This document shows, in pieces, positions 1 through 10,107 of a stretch of 64,000 bases of DNA. The notes under the pieces are model-generated. The model saw nothing but the letters and a program-made list of their open reading frames with translations, searched no databases and was not told the origin of the DNA. Numbering within the stretch: the stretch's first letter is position 1; each line of letters begins with the position of its first letter. This DNA is from a bacterium (lineage in GTDB: Bacteria; Patescibacteriota; Patescibacteriia; Patescibacteriales; UBA12465). The stretch is from NCBI GenBank assembly GCA_035402985.1, contig DAONEH010000001.1, forward strand, positions 3,123-67,122. Direction: 5' to 3'. The position numbers and the translations under genes are program-made.

Positions 1-1406
1 ATTAAATTATATTCAGCCACTTTTGTATTATATTCACTTAAATTAGCATTGTAATTAACAACATCGCCTTGTTTAACATAATATTCTAACGATGATTTTA
101 ATTCATTTAATTCCGCACTTAAAGAATTTAAATTATCAAGGATTGTATCTAATTGACTTTTTTGTTGATTAATAATTGCTTGAAGTGATTTCATTTGATT
201 AACACTACTGACATTTTCAGCCATACCAAAATAATATCTACCGGAAGTTTTTTGATAAATCTTCACTTCGCCCCACGAAGATTGTTCAAAAATATTATTC
301 CAATCAATGGTACTGGTAGCTTGACCGGAAGATAAATCACTCGGAAAAATTCCAATAGGAAAATAATTGGTAGTTTCTATAAAACAATAACCGGAATTAT
401 AAGAAGACTCACCGGAACAAGCCACCGCTACGGCCGAATGCTTAATATCGGGATAATCAAAAATTGCTCCGCCATAACCTAAATACCTAAGAATTGATAA
501 AGCCAAAAACGATTTATCGGAACAAATTCCCGAATTTTTATACAAAGTTTCATAAGGAAAATTTTGTAAACTAGTTTCATTTTTTGAAAAATCATAAGGT
601 ATATATTGAACTAAAGCCATAGTAAATTCCAAGAATTCATCATCGGAAAAACCTTCGGTCTGGGCTATTTTTTTTAAATTGCTTATTAAATCGCTTATAG
701 CCGTATCACCGGTCTTAGTTACCAAAAAAACACTATAATAACTATCTCTCAAGTCAGCCGGCGGATTATCGGAAGAATAACTGTAATACTTAGGAGAATT
801 TTTGTAGTTGTTATATAAAGAATCATAAAAAGTTTGATTTAAAAAATACTCTTTGTTGTTATACTTCCAAGTAAATTTAACAATTTTTTCTCCATAATTA
901 CTAACCGTTTCCGTGCTTGTATCAGAACTTATCGCACCGGAACCTATTACTCCGGTACTTATTTGATTTAAATTAGAATCGGTAATTCCCAAACCTAATT
1001 CTCGCATCACATTAAAAGCGTCAATCGGCCGGCCCAAATAATAAAGTTTTAAATTATCGGGATTAACATAATAAGCTTGACCCTGAGCTTCAACTTGAAG
1101 CAAAATTCTTCCCGACAAATTAGATCGAGCTCCGTTTTTTAAAAAAGTATTTAAATCGTTACTTTTAACACCCAAACCGAAAGATCGCATTACAGAAAAA
1201 GCGTCAGCCGGTCGACCTAAATAATATTTTTTTAAATCCAAAGGGTTAACATAATAGGCTTGACCTTGCGCTTCAACCTGAATTAATATTTTACCGGCTA
1301 CTTGATCGGCGACCGATGCTGCTTCAACTTTTTTAGTAACAGATAAAAAAGAAAAAAACGCTAACACCACTAAAAATATTTTTGTAAAAAATTTAAACCA
1401 CTTCAT
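1..1406 (-). CDS. Secreted protein, 3'-partial (continues beyond window start), with signal peptide, two tandem ~49-aa repeats and a transglutaminase-like Cys motif
   Basis: Reverse-strand ATG at 1404-1406 gives MKWFKFFTKIFLVVLAFFSFLSV (hydrophobic signal) and the frame stays open to position 1. It contains two near-identical repeats (ILIQVEAQGQAYYVNPLDLKKYYLGRPADAFSVMRSFGLGV / ILLQVEAQGQAYYVNPDNLKLYYLGRPIDAFNVMRELGLGI). The motif GICSDKSFLALSILRYLGYGGAI resembles the transglutaminase-like core G-x-C-x-[DE]-x-[AS]..L..R..GIP. It is absent from the ORF track because it is open at the window edge. Confidence 0.55.
   Translation of the reverse strand, partial: MKWFKFFTKIFLVVLAFFSFLSVTKKVEAASVADQVAGKILIQVEAQGQAYYVNPLDLKKYYLGRPADAFSVMRSFGLGVKSNDLNTFLKNGARSNLSGRILLQVEAQGQAYYVNPDNLKLYYLGRPIDAFNVMRELGLGITDSNLNQISTGVIGSGAISSDTSTETVSNYGEKIVKFTWKYNNKEYFLNQTFYDSLYNNYKNSPKYYSYSSDNPPADLRDSYYSVFLVTKTGDTAISDLISNLKKIAQTEGFSDDEFLEFTMALVQYIPYDFSKNETSLQNFPYETLYKNSGICSDKSFLALSILRYLGYGGAIFDYPDIKHSAVAVACSGESSYNSGYCFIETTNYFPIGIFPSDLSSGQATSTIDWNNIFEQSSWGEVKIYQKTSGRYYFGMAENVSSVNQMKSLQAIINQQKSQLDTILDNLNSLSAELNELKSSLEYYVKQGDVVNYNANLSEYNTKVAEYNL
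990..1300 (-). repeat. Intragenic tandem duplication (~150 bp x2) encoding the repeated YYVNP..YYLGRP.DAF domain
   Basis: The DNA at ~996-1140 and ~1148-1300 is visibly similar (cat.a.agcgtca.ccgg.c..cc.aaataata...ataataagcttgaccctgagcttcaact / ...ataataggcttgaccttgcgcttcaacct). Confidence 0.6.
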
Positions 1407-1776
1407 TGTTTTTTATTTTAATATCCGGATTATGATTATAGGCCGGAATTACGATATCAAAATCACCTAATGATTTTATATTTTTTTTAGTAAAATTAAC
1501 GGTTTCAATTTTAATACCCAAAGCATAAGCTAAAGCATTAGCCGTTAAAATTCCAATTCGAAGCGAAGTAAAACTATCTCCTTGATGAACCACTTTTATT
1601 TTATTTATTGATTTTAAACTACAATTGGCCAATTTCAATAATTTATCAATCGCCGGTAAAAGTTTTTCAGCTTGTTGACGACGAGCTAAAAATTTTTTTC
1701 TTTTAAAAACCAGCCCGTCTTTTTCCAGAATTAGTTCAATTTGATTATTATCGGAAGTATTAATAATTAAAATCAT
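1393..1776 (-). CDS. tsaB: TsaB-like (YeaZ) tRNA t6A biosynthesis protein, N-terminal domain only (127 aa)
   Basis: MILIINTSDNNQIELIL...LLPAIDKLL...DSFTSLRIGILTANALAYALGIKI matches the TsaB/YeaZ N-terminal ASKHA fold (MKILAIDTS...LLP.ID.LL...GPGSFTGVRIG...A.GLA.). It is about half the normal length, and its stop overlaps the start of the upstream gene by 14 nt. Confidence 0.65.
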   Translation of the reverse strand: MILIINTSDNNQIELILEKDGLVFKRKKFLARRQQAEKLLPAIDKLLKLANCSLKSINKIKVVHQGDSFTSLRIGILTANALAYALGIKIETVNFTKKNIKSLGDFDIVIPAYNHNPDIKIKNNEVV

Positions 1777-1830
1777 AAAATTATATTACTATAAAAGTAT
1801 AACATAATATAAACTTTTTAAAAAATATAA

Positions 1831-2790
1831 TTATTTTTTATTGAGAAATAATTTTAATATCTTGCTAATCTGTAAATAACTGCCGGCCGTCATTACTTTT
1901 GATCTGATATTTGAAGCTCCAGAGAAATCTTTTAAATACCAAGCCAAATGTCCTTTAAATTCCCCTAAACCAATTTGACCTTTATTTTTCTCCATTAATT
2001 TTAAATGTTTTAAAGCTATTTTGATAGCCATTTTTTTTCGGTCCTCTTTGGATAAATTTTGATATTTATCGGAAAAAATCCAAGGCTGACTCAAAGCTCC
2101 TCGACCGATTCCGACTCCATCAACTCCGGTTTTTTTTATAATTCTATCAATTTCATTCCAATTAGTTATACCGCCATTGGCCAAAATCACTCCGGAAAAA
2201 TATTTTTTACTTTTTTTAATAATCGCCAAATCAATCGGACCGGAAAATAATTGATTTAAAGTTCGACCGTGAATCATTATGGCCGATACCGGTAAATCAG
2301 AAATATTTTTTAAAAAATCAACTAAGTTTACGCCAAAAGCTTCCGTCCGAACTTTTATAGAAACCGGCAGTTTAGTGGTTTTAAGTACGACCGAGATAAT
2401 TTCTCGACTTAAATTTAAATCACTCATTAATTTGGCTCCAGCTCCCTGTTTTAAAACTTTTTTAACCGGACAACCGAAATTAATATCAAAACCATCCGGT
2501 TTTATTTTTTGTTCTATTATTTTTATCGCTTTTATAAAATGATCTTTATTTGAACCAAAAAGTTGAACGACATAAGGTCGTTCTTTTTTAAAAAATTTTA
2601 ATAATTCTAAAGTTTTATCGGAATTATAATATAAAGCTGAAACTGAAGCCATTTCACTATAGACGACATCGGCTCCGAATTCTTTGCATATTAAACGAAA
2701 AGCCGAATCTGTATATCCGGCCAAGGGAGCTAAGGCTAAAATACTTTTACCTTTTTTATTCTTTTGTAAATCTAACCAAAAATTATTCAT
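1831..2790 (-). CDS. dusB: tRNA-dihydrouridine synthase
   Basis: LAPLAGYTDSAFRLICKEFGADVVYSEM and the TIM-barrel FMN region (DINFGCPVKKV, IKVR) are classic Dus motifs. Confidence 0.85.
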   Translation of the reverse strand: MNNFWLDLQKNKKGKSILALAPLAGYTDSAFRLICKEFGADVVYSEMASVSALYYNSDKTLELLKFFKKERPYVVQLFGSNKDHFIKAIKIIEQKIKPDGFDINFGCPVKKVLKQGAGAKLMSDLNLSREIISVVLKTTKLPVSIKVRTEAFGVNLVDFLKNISDLPVSAIMIHGRTLNQLFSGPIDLAIIKKSKKYFSGVILANGGITNWNEIDRIIKKTGVDGVGIGRGALSQPWIFSDKYQNLSKEDRKKMAIKIALKHLKLMEKNKGQIGLGEFKGHLAWYLKDFSGASNIRSKVMTAGSYLQISKILKLFLNKK

Positions 2791-2795
2791 ATTTT

Positions 2796-4220
2796 TTATT
2801 CAATAACACTGCGACCATCCGGCAAATCCTTTACTTTATATCCACGTTGTTCTAATTTTATTCGGACTTCATCGGCTTTAGCAAAATCTTTATTTTGACG
2901 AGCTATGGATCGATCCTCCAATAATTTAATGATATCATCTGGATAATTATTATCTATCTTTTTATTATCTTTATTATCTAACAATGAAGAAAAATTTAAA
3001 GCCCAAACATTATCAAAATCTAAAAGAGTAGCTAACTTATCTTCGTTAGATAAATTTGATTTTAATATATCGGAAATTAAAGATAATGATTTAGGAGTAT
3101 TAAAATCATCTAATAATGCTTCTAAAAATTTATCTTTAAAAACAGAATCAATTTCCCCAACTTCAACTCCTAATTTTTCTATTTTATTATAAATACCAGT
3201 TAAGCCTTTTTGCGCTGCTTTTAAAGCTTCAAAAGTAAAATTCTGTTTAGAACGATAATGAGCTTGTAAATAGAAATAACGTAAGGCCATTGGAGAAAAA
3301 TTTTTATTAATAATATCTTCTAAAGCAAAAGAAGTTCCTTGAGATTTAGACATTTTACCATTATCAATTAAAAGATGTTCATTATGTAACCAATAATTAG
3401 CTAATTTAACACCGCTCACAGCTTCACTTTGAGCAATTTCGTTACTATGATGAATACTTACATGTTCAATTCCACCCATATGAATATCAATAGTTTCTCC
3501 TAATAATTTTCTAATCATCGCCGAACATTCAATATGCCAACCTGGAAAACCATTACCATTTTCAACTAAAGGTGAAACAAAAGGTGATGGCCAAAATTGT
3601 AAAGCATTTTTATGAACACCGGCTCTAAAAAACCAAACAGCAAAATCTTGTGGATTTTTTTTCTTAGGATCATCAATTGCCGCTCGACCAGCTCCAATTT
3701 TATTCTTTTCTGGTTTACGACCTGATAATTGATTATAGTTTTTAAATTTATCAACTTCAAAATAAACAGCTAAGTCAGTAACATAAGCATAAGATTTAGC
3801 AATTAATAATTGAACCATATCAATCATCTCAGAAATATTTTCGGTAGCTCGTGGTTTAAATTTTGGTTCTAAAATATTTAATTTTTTTGTATCTTGCTCA
3901 TAAATATTAATAAATTTATTAACCACCTCTTCTGGCTTAATATTTTCTTTTTTAGCTGTTTTTTCTATTTTATCCTCCCCGATATCAGCATCAGAAGTTA
4001 AATGACCAACATCAGTATAATTTCTCGCCATAGAAACATCATAATTTAAATATTTAAAAGTACGATGTATAATATCAGCACAAAAAGAACCTCGTAAATT
4101 TCCGATATGTTGAGTTGAATAAACGGTTGGTCCACAATAATAAAAAGAAAGATGACCAGGTTGAAGTGGTTTAAATTCTTCTTTCTTTTTAGTTAAAGTA
4201 TTATATAATAATATTTTCAT
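2796..4220 (-). CDS. cysS: Cysteinyl-tRNA synthetase
   Basis: HIGH-type motif CGPTVYSTQHIGNLRG, KMSKS (GKMSKSQG) and a CysRS-like anticodon-binding C-terminus are present. Confidence 0.9.
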   Translation of the reverse strand: MKILLYNTLTKKKEEFKPLQPGHLSFYYCGPTVYSTQHIGNLRGSFCADIIHRTFKYLNYDVSMARNYTDVGHLTSDADIGEDKIEKTAKKENIKPEEVVNKFINIYEQDTKKLNILEPKFKPRATENISEMIDMVQLLIAKSYAYVTDLAVYFEVDKFKNYNQLSGRKPEKNKIGAGRAAIDDPKKKNPQDFAVWFFRAGVHKNALQFWPSPFVSPLVENGNGFPGWHIECSAMIRKLLGETIDIHMGGIEHVSIHHSNEIAQSEAVSGVKLANYWLHNEHLLIDNGKMSKSQGTSFALEDIINKNFSPMALRYFYLQAHYRSKQNFTFEALKAAQKGLTGIYNKIEKLGVEVGEIDSVFKDKFLEALLDDFNTPKSLSLISDILKSNLSNEDKLATLLDFDNVWALNFSSLLDNKDNKKIDNNYPDDIIKLLEDRSIARQNKDFAKADEVRIKLEQRGYKVKDLPDGRSVIE

Positions 4221-4221
4221 A

Positions 4222-5334
4222 TTAATTATTTGATATTTTTTTCATTAATTGATTATAAAACTCTAAATTGTTTAAACTAGCCCATTTTTGACCTAAAGAT
4301 TCATTAATTTTAAACAAATGATGTAAATAAGCTAAAGAATTACTATTTAATTCCTTTAGATTTGATTTTTTATTAATTAATTTAAAATCACTGGCTAAAG
4401 ACGACTTTTTGAGGCTTATTTCTTGGTAAAAATTGCCTGATTTTAAGCTTTTATCATTAAATTGGTATAATTTACCATGACGACCTTCTCGGGTTGGTAT
4501 AACGCAATCAAACATATTCCAGCCCATTTTATAACAACGATAGATATCATTAGGTGTACCAATACCTAAAGCAAACTTAATTTTGTCATCTGGAATGATT
4601 TTAGCAGTAAAATCCAAAATGTCAAACAAGAAATTCCCCTTTTCATCAACTGGTCGAGCCCCAAAACCATAACCAGCAAATTCAATACTTTCGTTTAAAA
4701 ATTTACTTCCACTTATTTCCATTAAAGCATCTAAACATTTTTTTCTAAGTTTTAAACTTAATCCCCCTTGAATTACAGCAATTAATTTCGGACGATTAGT
4801 TTCATTTAATTTTCTTTTCTTTATTTGTCTTATATATTCTTGATAACATCTTTTAGCCCAAGAAATAGTGCGATCAACTGATAAAGCAATTTTCTTTTCA
4901 TCAAAACCATAAGGTGTACAATCATCAAGGCATACCATAAAATCAGTTCCTAAATCAAATTGAATTTGAATTGATTTTTCTGGAGTTATCTCATGTTTAG
5001 ATCCATCTAGTGGTGATTTAAAAATTGCACCCTGATCACTAATTTTACCCATCTGACTATTTTTATGAATTAAAGAAAAAATTTGAAAACCACCACTATC
5101 AGATAATAATGGTTTATCCCAATTCATAAACTTATGTAGTCCCCCAGCTTTTTTTATAACTTTAATTCCAGGTTGTAAATATAAATGAAAAGTATTAACT
5201 ACTAAAGCTGATACCCCACTAGCTATTAAATCTTTTCTATCGCACATTTTTATAACTCCTCTAGTAGCATCGGGCATAAAAATAGGATATTTCAGAACAC
5301 CATGGGAAGTACTAATTTTTTTATTTTTATTCAT
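4222..5334 (-). CDS. tgt: Queuine tRNA-ribosyltransferase, lacking the canonical CxCxxC zinc site
   Basis: The DSGGFQ and FDCVIPTREGRHG catalytic motifs are present. At the position of the bacterial CxCxxC...H Zn motif, the C-terminal region reads LKELNSNSLAYLHHL with no cysteines. Confidence 0.85.
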   Translation of the reverse strand: MNKNKKISTSHGVLKYPIFMPDATRGVIKMCDRKDLIASGVSALVVNTFHLYLQPGIKVIKKAGGLHKFMNWDKPLLSDSGGFQIFSLIHKNSQMGKISDQGAIFKSPLDGSKHEITPEKSIQIQFDLGTDFMVCLDDCTPYGFDEKKIALSVDRTISWAKRCYQEYIRQIKKRKLNETNRPKLIAVIQGGLSLKLRKKCLDALMEISGSKFLNESIEFAGYGFGARPVDEKGNFLFDILDFTAKIIPDDKIKFALGIGTPNDIYRCYKMGWNMFDCVIPTREGRHGKLYQFNDKSLKSGNFYQEISLKKSSLASDFKLINKKSNLKELNSNSLAYLHHLFKINESLGQKWASLNNLEFYNQLMKKISNN

Positions 5335-5342
5335 AAAATAAT

Positions 5343-7388
5343 TTATTTAACTCGACCATCATTATTATAGCTAGCAATAATATCATCTTCTAATTTACTA
5401 GTTTTAACACTAGTTGTTTTACTTATAGTAGTATTGGTTTCAGCGTCAATAGCTGAAAGAGATGAACCAGATGATAAAATTATAATTTTATTATACTGAC
5501 TATCAGTTGGAATAACACTAACACTGAAATTAACATCAACTGTTTCAACTCCCACCGGCCAACGACTAATAGAAAAAATAACTTTATTATTAGATTGATC
5601 ATATTCTAAATTACCAGCACTAATATTAAAATTATTATCCCAAATAACATATTGGGGTAAAGCTAATTCAATTTTTAAATCTTTAATTTCGTGTAATGAA
5701 TTTTTTAAAGTCCAATAATATTTAAATGATGTTCTTTCACCAACTACCGGTGGTAAAGGTCCTGAACCAACTGGGATATTATTATCATCAAAGTATAAGA
5801 CTTCTTCTTTTATACTTAAATCACTATTTAATTTATTTACTATGGTATTACTAGAATTATCATTTAAATGATCTTCTTCGTCAGAAAAATCTTCAATATT
5901 ACCAATACTAAATTGAGCATAACTAGTAACATTTAAATCTTGGCCAAATTTAATATCATTATAATTAGGTACAGTATTAATAGAAAATTTAATCTCACCG
6001 CTATCCCCTGGTTCTAATTTTTTTAATTCTGGAATTTCCGAAGCAGTCCAGGAAATTGTTTTACGACTAATACTTCCATCTTTAGAGTCCTTTAAACTAT
6101 TCCAATCTAAAAAATCACTTTTTAATACCGCCATAATAACTAAATCTTCCATATCTTTATCACCTTTATTACTATAAGAAATAACATAATTTAAAGTATC
6201 ACCAAAATTAATTGGAGTATCAGTTGAAGAATCATTAACGGAAATATTTAAATTTAAATCACTTTTTATAATTATTAAAGCCACCTGCTTCTCTAAAAAA
6301 ACAAATTCTTTACCATTATCATCAATATATTTTAAAGTCCAAGAAATATTTTCTTGATCATTTTTTCTTTCCTTTATTTTATATTTAAAAGCTAAAGACA
6401 TTTCACTAGCCGAAGAAGTTTCAACTAGAAAATTAAAATTATCAATTTTACTTACTTTAGTTATTGTTTCCGTACTAGTTCCAGTTTTTTTATTAGTAAT
6501 ATCTTCGACTGAAAAAATTTCTTCTGGACCAGAAAAAGAAATAATAAACTTATTTATTTTTTCTACTGGAAAATCTTTAATGGTAAGATTTAAAGGATAT
6601 TCCTCATCAACTAAAACTGTAGTATAATAATCTTCTTTAACTTGAAATGGCAAGGATCCCATTACTACAGAATTAAGACTATCCTTAGAAAAACTAGAAG
6701 ATAAACCATTAATGCCATAAGTAGCCTTAACTGTTAATAAATTATTAGAACCTTCCTTGTTTATTATTTTTCCTCTTATCTTTATAATACCACCTAAATT
6801 AGCTCCTAAATTATCTATTTTCCAAGTCTTGTTATCATCTGTTTGATCAATCGAATAAATTTCAGCTAAAATAAAATTATCTGGATAATTAATTTCTAAA
6901 ATAACATCATTTAAATTATAATTACTAGTATTTTTATATTCAATTTCATACATAAAATCTTCACCTAAAATTACCTTTTCCGGAGCGCTTATATTTATTT
7001 TCAAAACTGAGGCGATATCTTGATTATTTTTTATATATTTAAAAACAGCCAAAACTACTCCCGCTACAATTAATAGAGTTATAAATAAATAAAATAATTT
7101 TAAACCCAAACTTCTTTTTTTCTTTATTTTTATAGTTTTAAAATCAGTTAAAGATTCTCCATTATCATCACTATATATTTCTCTTAAATGACTTTCAATT
7201 TCACTGTCATTCAATTTAGATTTTTTTTCATTATCATGTTTTGAAGACATAATAGGTTTTTCAAAAAAATCAGTTTCAGAATCATCATCAAATTCCTCTA
7301 AAGAACTATCATTATCAATTTTATGTTTAATAAAAAATAAATTATTTTCTTCTTTTTTATTAAAAATTTTACCTTTATTTTTTAACAT
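5343..7388 (-). CDS. Hypothetical membrane-anchored surface protein (681 aa)
   Basis: It has an acidic, disordered N-terminus, a single TM (LFYLFITLLIVAGVVLAVF) at ~aa 95-115, and then a long S/N/T-rich beta-rich ectodomain. I recognise no enzymatic motif. Confidence 0.55.
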   Translation of the reverse strand: MLKNKGKIFNKKEENNLFFIKHKIDNDSSLEEFDDDSETDFFEKPIMSSKHDNEKKSKLNDSEIESHLREIYSDDNGESLTDFKTIKIKKKRSLGLKLFYLFITLLIVAGVVLAVFKYIKNNQDIASVLKINISAPEKVILGEDFMYEIEYKNTSNYNLNDVILEINYPDNFILAEIYSIDQTDDNKTWKIDNLGANLGGIIKIRGKIINKEGSNNLLTVKATYGINGLSSSFSKDSLNSVVMGSLPFQVKEDYYTTVLVDEEYPLNLTIKDFPVEKINKFIISFSGPEEIFSVEDITNKKTGTSTETITKVSKIDNFNFLVETSSASEMSLAFKYKIKERKNDQENISWTLKYIDDNGKEFVFLEKQVALIIIKSDLNLNISVNDSSTDTPINFGDTLNYVISYSNKGDKDMEDLVIMAVLKSDFLDWNSLKDSKDGSISRKTISWTASEIPELKKLEPGDSGEIKFSINTVPNYNDIKFGQDLNVTSYAQFSIGNIEDFSDEEDHLNDNSSNTIVNKLNSDLSIKEEVLYFDDNNIPVGSGPLPPVVGERTSFKYYWTLKNSLHEIKDLKIELALPQYVIWDNNFNISAGNLEYDQSNNKVIFSISRWPVGVETVDVNFSVSVIPTDSQYNKIIILSSGSSLSAIDAETNTTISKTTSVKTSKLEDDIIASYNNDGRVK

Positions 7389-7409
7389 ATTAATATAATT
7401 AATTATTAT

Positions 7410-10097
7410 TTATTTAAAAATTATAGCTAAATATTTATCGGTAATTAAATTACCAGAAAAATTTATTATTTTATCATTTTGACTAATGTTTTTAGGATAA
7501 GTCCATAAAGTTGATAAATTTAAATTATTAATTAAATTAAAATTAAAAGTGGAATTATTATCACCGGCCTGTTTTTGCCATAATAAAGAATAGTTTTTTA
7601 TAATTTCATCAGAATCAAATAATTTCCAAAAATTCCAAATAGATTTTGGTTCATTGTCAATAAATAAAGTTTTAAAGTTATAAGGTAACTTATATTTAAT
7701 TTCAATTATTTCTGATTGACCAGGATCAAGTATGGACCAATTAGCAAAAACAGTTTTTGAAGATTCTTGATAAATTTTAGTATTACTTAATAAATCAATT
7801 TCAGCCTTATTTTCACTATTAGCTAAAAAACTATTTTGTTCATAAAAATCTTCGGTCGGTTTAAAAGAACTTTCATCCATCGAAGAAAAACCAGTGGCGC
7901 TTATTAAAGTACTACCTAAAGGTGTATAAATTCTCATCCAATCATTATTTCTAATACCAGAAAATAAATTTTCTTTATTACCTAAATGTTCTCTTTTTAT
8001 AGTTAAAGTATTAACAATAGAACCATCATCTTCAATTTCAACATTTAAAGTCATATCGTTTTTTATAAACTTATCGGTCTTACCTCCAGCGACATTAGAA
8101 TTAATTACTGCTAAATAATCAAAAGAAGTTTCTTTCATTCTTCCAGCCCATAAACGATTTTCAACTTCTAACTGAATATTAGGATCAGTAAAATATAATA
8201 AAATATTTTTTTGATTTAAATTTTTTTCAATTACTTGAGATAATTTTATTAAGAAATCTTTATTTAAATTACTAGAGGTTTTCTCTAAAATAATAGTCAT
8301 TAAATCTCCAATAATTTTTTTAGGTTCATTTCTTTTTAATCCATCAGAGACCACTTCTTCTGTAGTTGAACTTAATTCTTTACTAGAACTGGCTACCCTA
8401 TTTAAAATATCAGTTTGTAAATTTTTATTCTGATAAACTTCGGGTTGACCAATAACCTCTACTATTTCTTGAAGAATATCAACAAAATTATTAGAATCAA
8501 TCACTACTCCATATTTTTCAGTTAAATCGATTGGACCAATTATTTCTAAAATATCAGCTAAAACATCTGGGGTTAAACTAATAACACCATCGACACTAGG
8601 CCCACCACTTTTTTCATAAAACCACATTAAATTTTGAGCTGATAATTTCCAATCAGGCCACCAATTAGCATCCCAAAAATACCATTTAGATTTTACTAAA
8701 TGAAGAGGTTTAGGCGATTCCACTGAAATTTTCATACCACCTTCAGTATCATAGGAACCACCAGCTGGTATTTCAATATTTTTAATTTGACCCTTTTTTA
8801 AATCAATTAAAGCATAACTACCTATAAAACCACCGGTAGCTCGAAGTTCAGTATTATTTTGAAAAACAACTAAATAACGTCGATCATGATCAATTCCTAA
8901 AAAATCTTTTAAAACGGGAGCTACTTCTAGAAAACCATTTAAACTTTTTTCTAAAACATCAGCTTGTTCCTTTATATCTTTAAATTGATCACGATATTCC
9001 TCAGGAATAACATCTTCATCTATCTTTTTTAAATATTTATTAGCTTTTTTAAAATCAGCTTCAGTTTTTTTAGTATAATAATAAAAATCAGAGAAATTTT
9101 TTTCAGTTTCATTTTCAGAAAAAACCGCTATTAAACTATTAATGGCTAAACTAAAATTATCACCGGCTGAAGCTAAATAAATTCCAATTTTAGCAATATT
9201 TTTAGATTCAGACGCTAATTTAATTTCTTTGTCTTTAGAAAAAGATGATAAAAATAATAAAAATTCATCAATTTCACCTAATTTTTTATCAACCATTAAA
9301 AAATTTTGACCAGCTTGAAAAAAATCATTTTGGGCTAAACTTAAATTTAAATTTAATATTTCACCTGAAGCCGAAATAAAATTATCTAAACCAAGTGTGG
9401 AATATTGTTTTAAATTATCAATTGTTTTTTGATCAGCTACTAAACGATAATAAGAAAAAAGTTTAAATGGAATTATTAATAAAAATAAAAATAAAACAAA
9501 ATAAATAATTGAATAAGTTTTTTTATTTGTTTTAGTTTTGATATTTGTTTCAAGTATAGAAGTTTTAAAAGTAGGAGTTTCCTTAATTAGTGGTAAAGAT
9601 ATTTGTTTCTTTTTTCTTTTTAACCTAGTTTTTATTTTTAATTTAGTAATATAATTAATTAAAAATTTATATATTTTTTTAAAAAATATAATTGGATATT
9701 TAAAAATTACTAATTTCTTTAAAAAATTAAATATATCTATAGCCCAATCAACAAAGAAGAAAATAATAGCTCTTAATACTTTAAATATAAACAAAAAAAC
9801 TGGAAAGAAAAAAGTTTTTTTAAAACTAGACCAATTAATAAAAAACGATGATTTTTTATTATTGTTTATATCTTTTTTAAAATTATCAATCTTTTTTAAA
9901 ACTTGATTCTGGGATTTATCAAGCTTACTAATATAATTAAAATCATTATCAATTTTATTAGGTGTAATTGGTTTAGGTTTAAAACTACTATCTTTTATTT
10001 CACTAGAAGTTTTTTTTGATTTTGATCTTAAATCAATTACAAAACCAGATTGAGAAAAATCCGATGAAATTTTTATTTTATGTTTTTTTGTTTTCAT
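7410..10097 (-). CDS. Large membrane protein with DUF4012-like domain (895 aa)
   Basis: It has a Lys-rich N-terminus, two or three TM segments, and then RYLVVFQNNTELRATGGFIGSYALIDL. That motif matches my recollection of the DUF4012 signature (Y.LLFQN..E.R.TGGF.G). The remainder is long and asparagine-rich. Confidence 0.55.
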   Translation of the reverse strand: MKTKKHKIKISSDFSQSGFVIDLRSKSKKTSSEIKDSSFKPKPITPNKIDNDFNYISKLDKSQNQVLKKIDNFKKDINNNKKSSFFINWSSFKKTFFFPVFLFIFKVLRAIIFFFVDWAIDIFNFLKKLVIFKYPIIFFKKIYKFLINYITKLKIKTRLKRKKKQISLPLIKETPTFKTSILETNIKTKTNKKTYSIIYFVLFLFLLIIPFKLFSYYRLVADQKTIDNLKQYSTLGLDNFISASGEILNLNLSLAQNDFFQAGQNFLMVDKKLGEIDEFLLFLSSFSKDKEIKLASESKNIAKIGIYLASAGDNFSLAINSLIAVFSENETEKNFSDFYYYTKKTEADFKKANKYLKKIDEDVIPEEYRDQFKDIKEQADVLEKSLNGFLEVAPVLKDFLGIDHDRRYLVVFQNNTELRATGGFIGSYALIDLKKGQIKNIEIPAGGSYDTEGGMKISVESPKPLHLVKSKWYFWDANWWPDWKLSAQNLMWFYEKSGGPSVDGVISLTPDVLADILEIIGPIDLTEKYGVVIDSNNFVDILQEIVEVIGQPEVYQNKNLQTDILNRVASSSKELSSTTEEVVSDGLKRNEPKKIIGDLMTIILEKTSSNLNKDFLIKLSQVIEKNLNQKNILLYFTDPNIQLEVENRLWAGRMKETSFDYLAVINSNVAGGKTDKFIKNDMTLNVEIEDDGSIVNTLTIKREHLGNKENLFSGIRNNDWMRIYTPLGSTLISATGFSSMDESSFKPTEDFYEQNSFLANSENKAEIDLLSNTKIYQESSKTVFANWSILDPGQSEIIEIKYKLPYNFKTLFIDNEPKSIWNFWKLFDSDEIIKNYSLLWQKQAGDNNSTFNFNLINNLNLSTLWTYPKNISQNDKIINFSGNLITDKYLAIIFK

Positions 10098-10107
10098 AAA
10101 ATATGCT

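Noticed and set aside
990-1300. The tandem ~150-bp DNA repeat as a possible CRISPR-like or mobile repeat.
   Set aside because: There are only two copies, they are in frame within a CDS, and they encode a repeated protein domain. There are no spacers and no flanking leader.
2059-2542. Plus-strand ORFs of 63 and 87 aa inside the dus gene. The same applies to 3566-3760, 22843-23055, 23685-23894, 29304-29510, 30222-30413, 31262-31453, 34607-34834, 39540-39791, 43389-43640, 54449-54634, 61600-61857 and 62185-62418.
   Set aside because: All are embedded antisense or out of frame within long, well-supported genes. They have low-complexity composition, no recognisable motifs and no start or RBS context. 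They are spurious products of AT-rich sequence.
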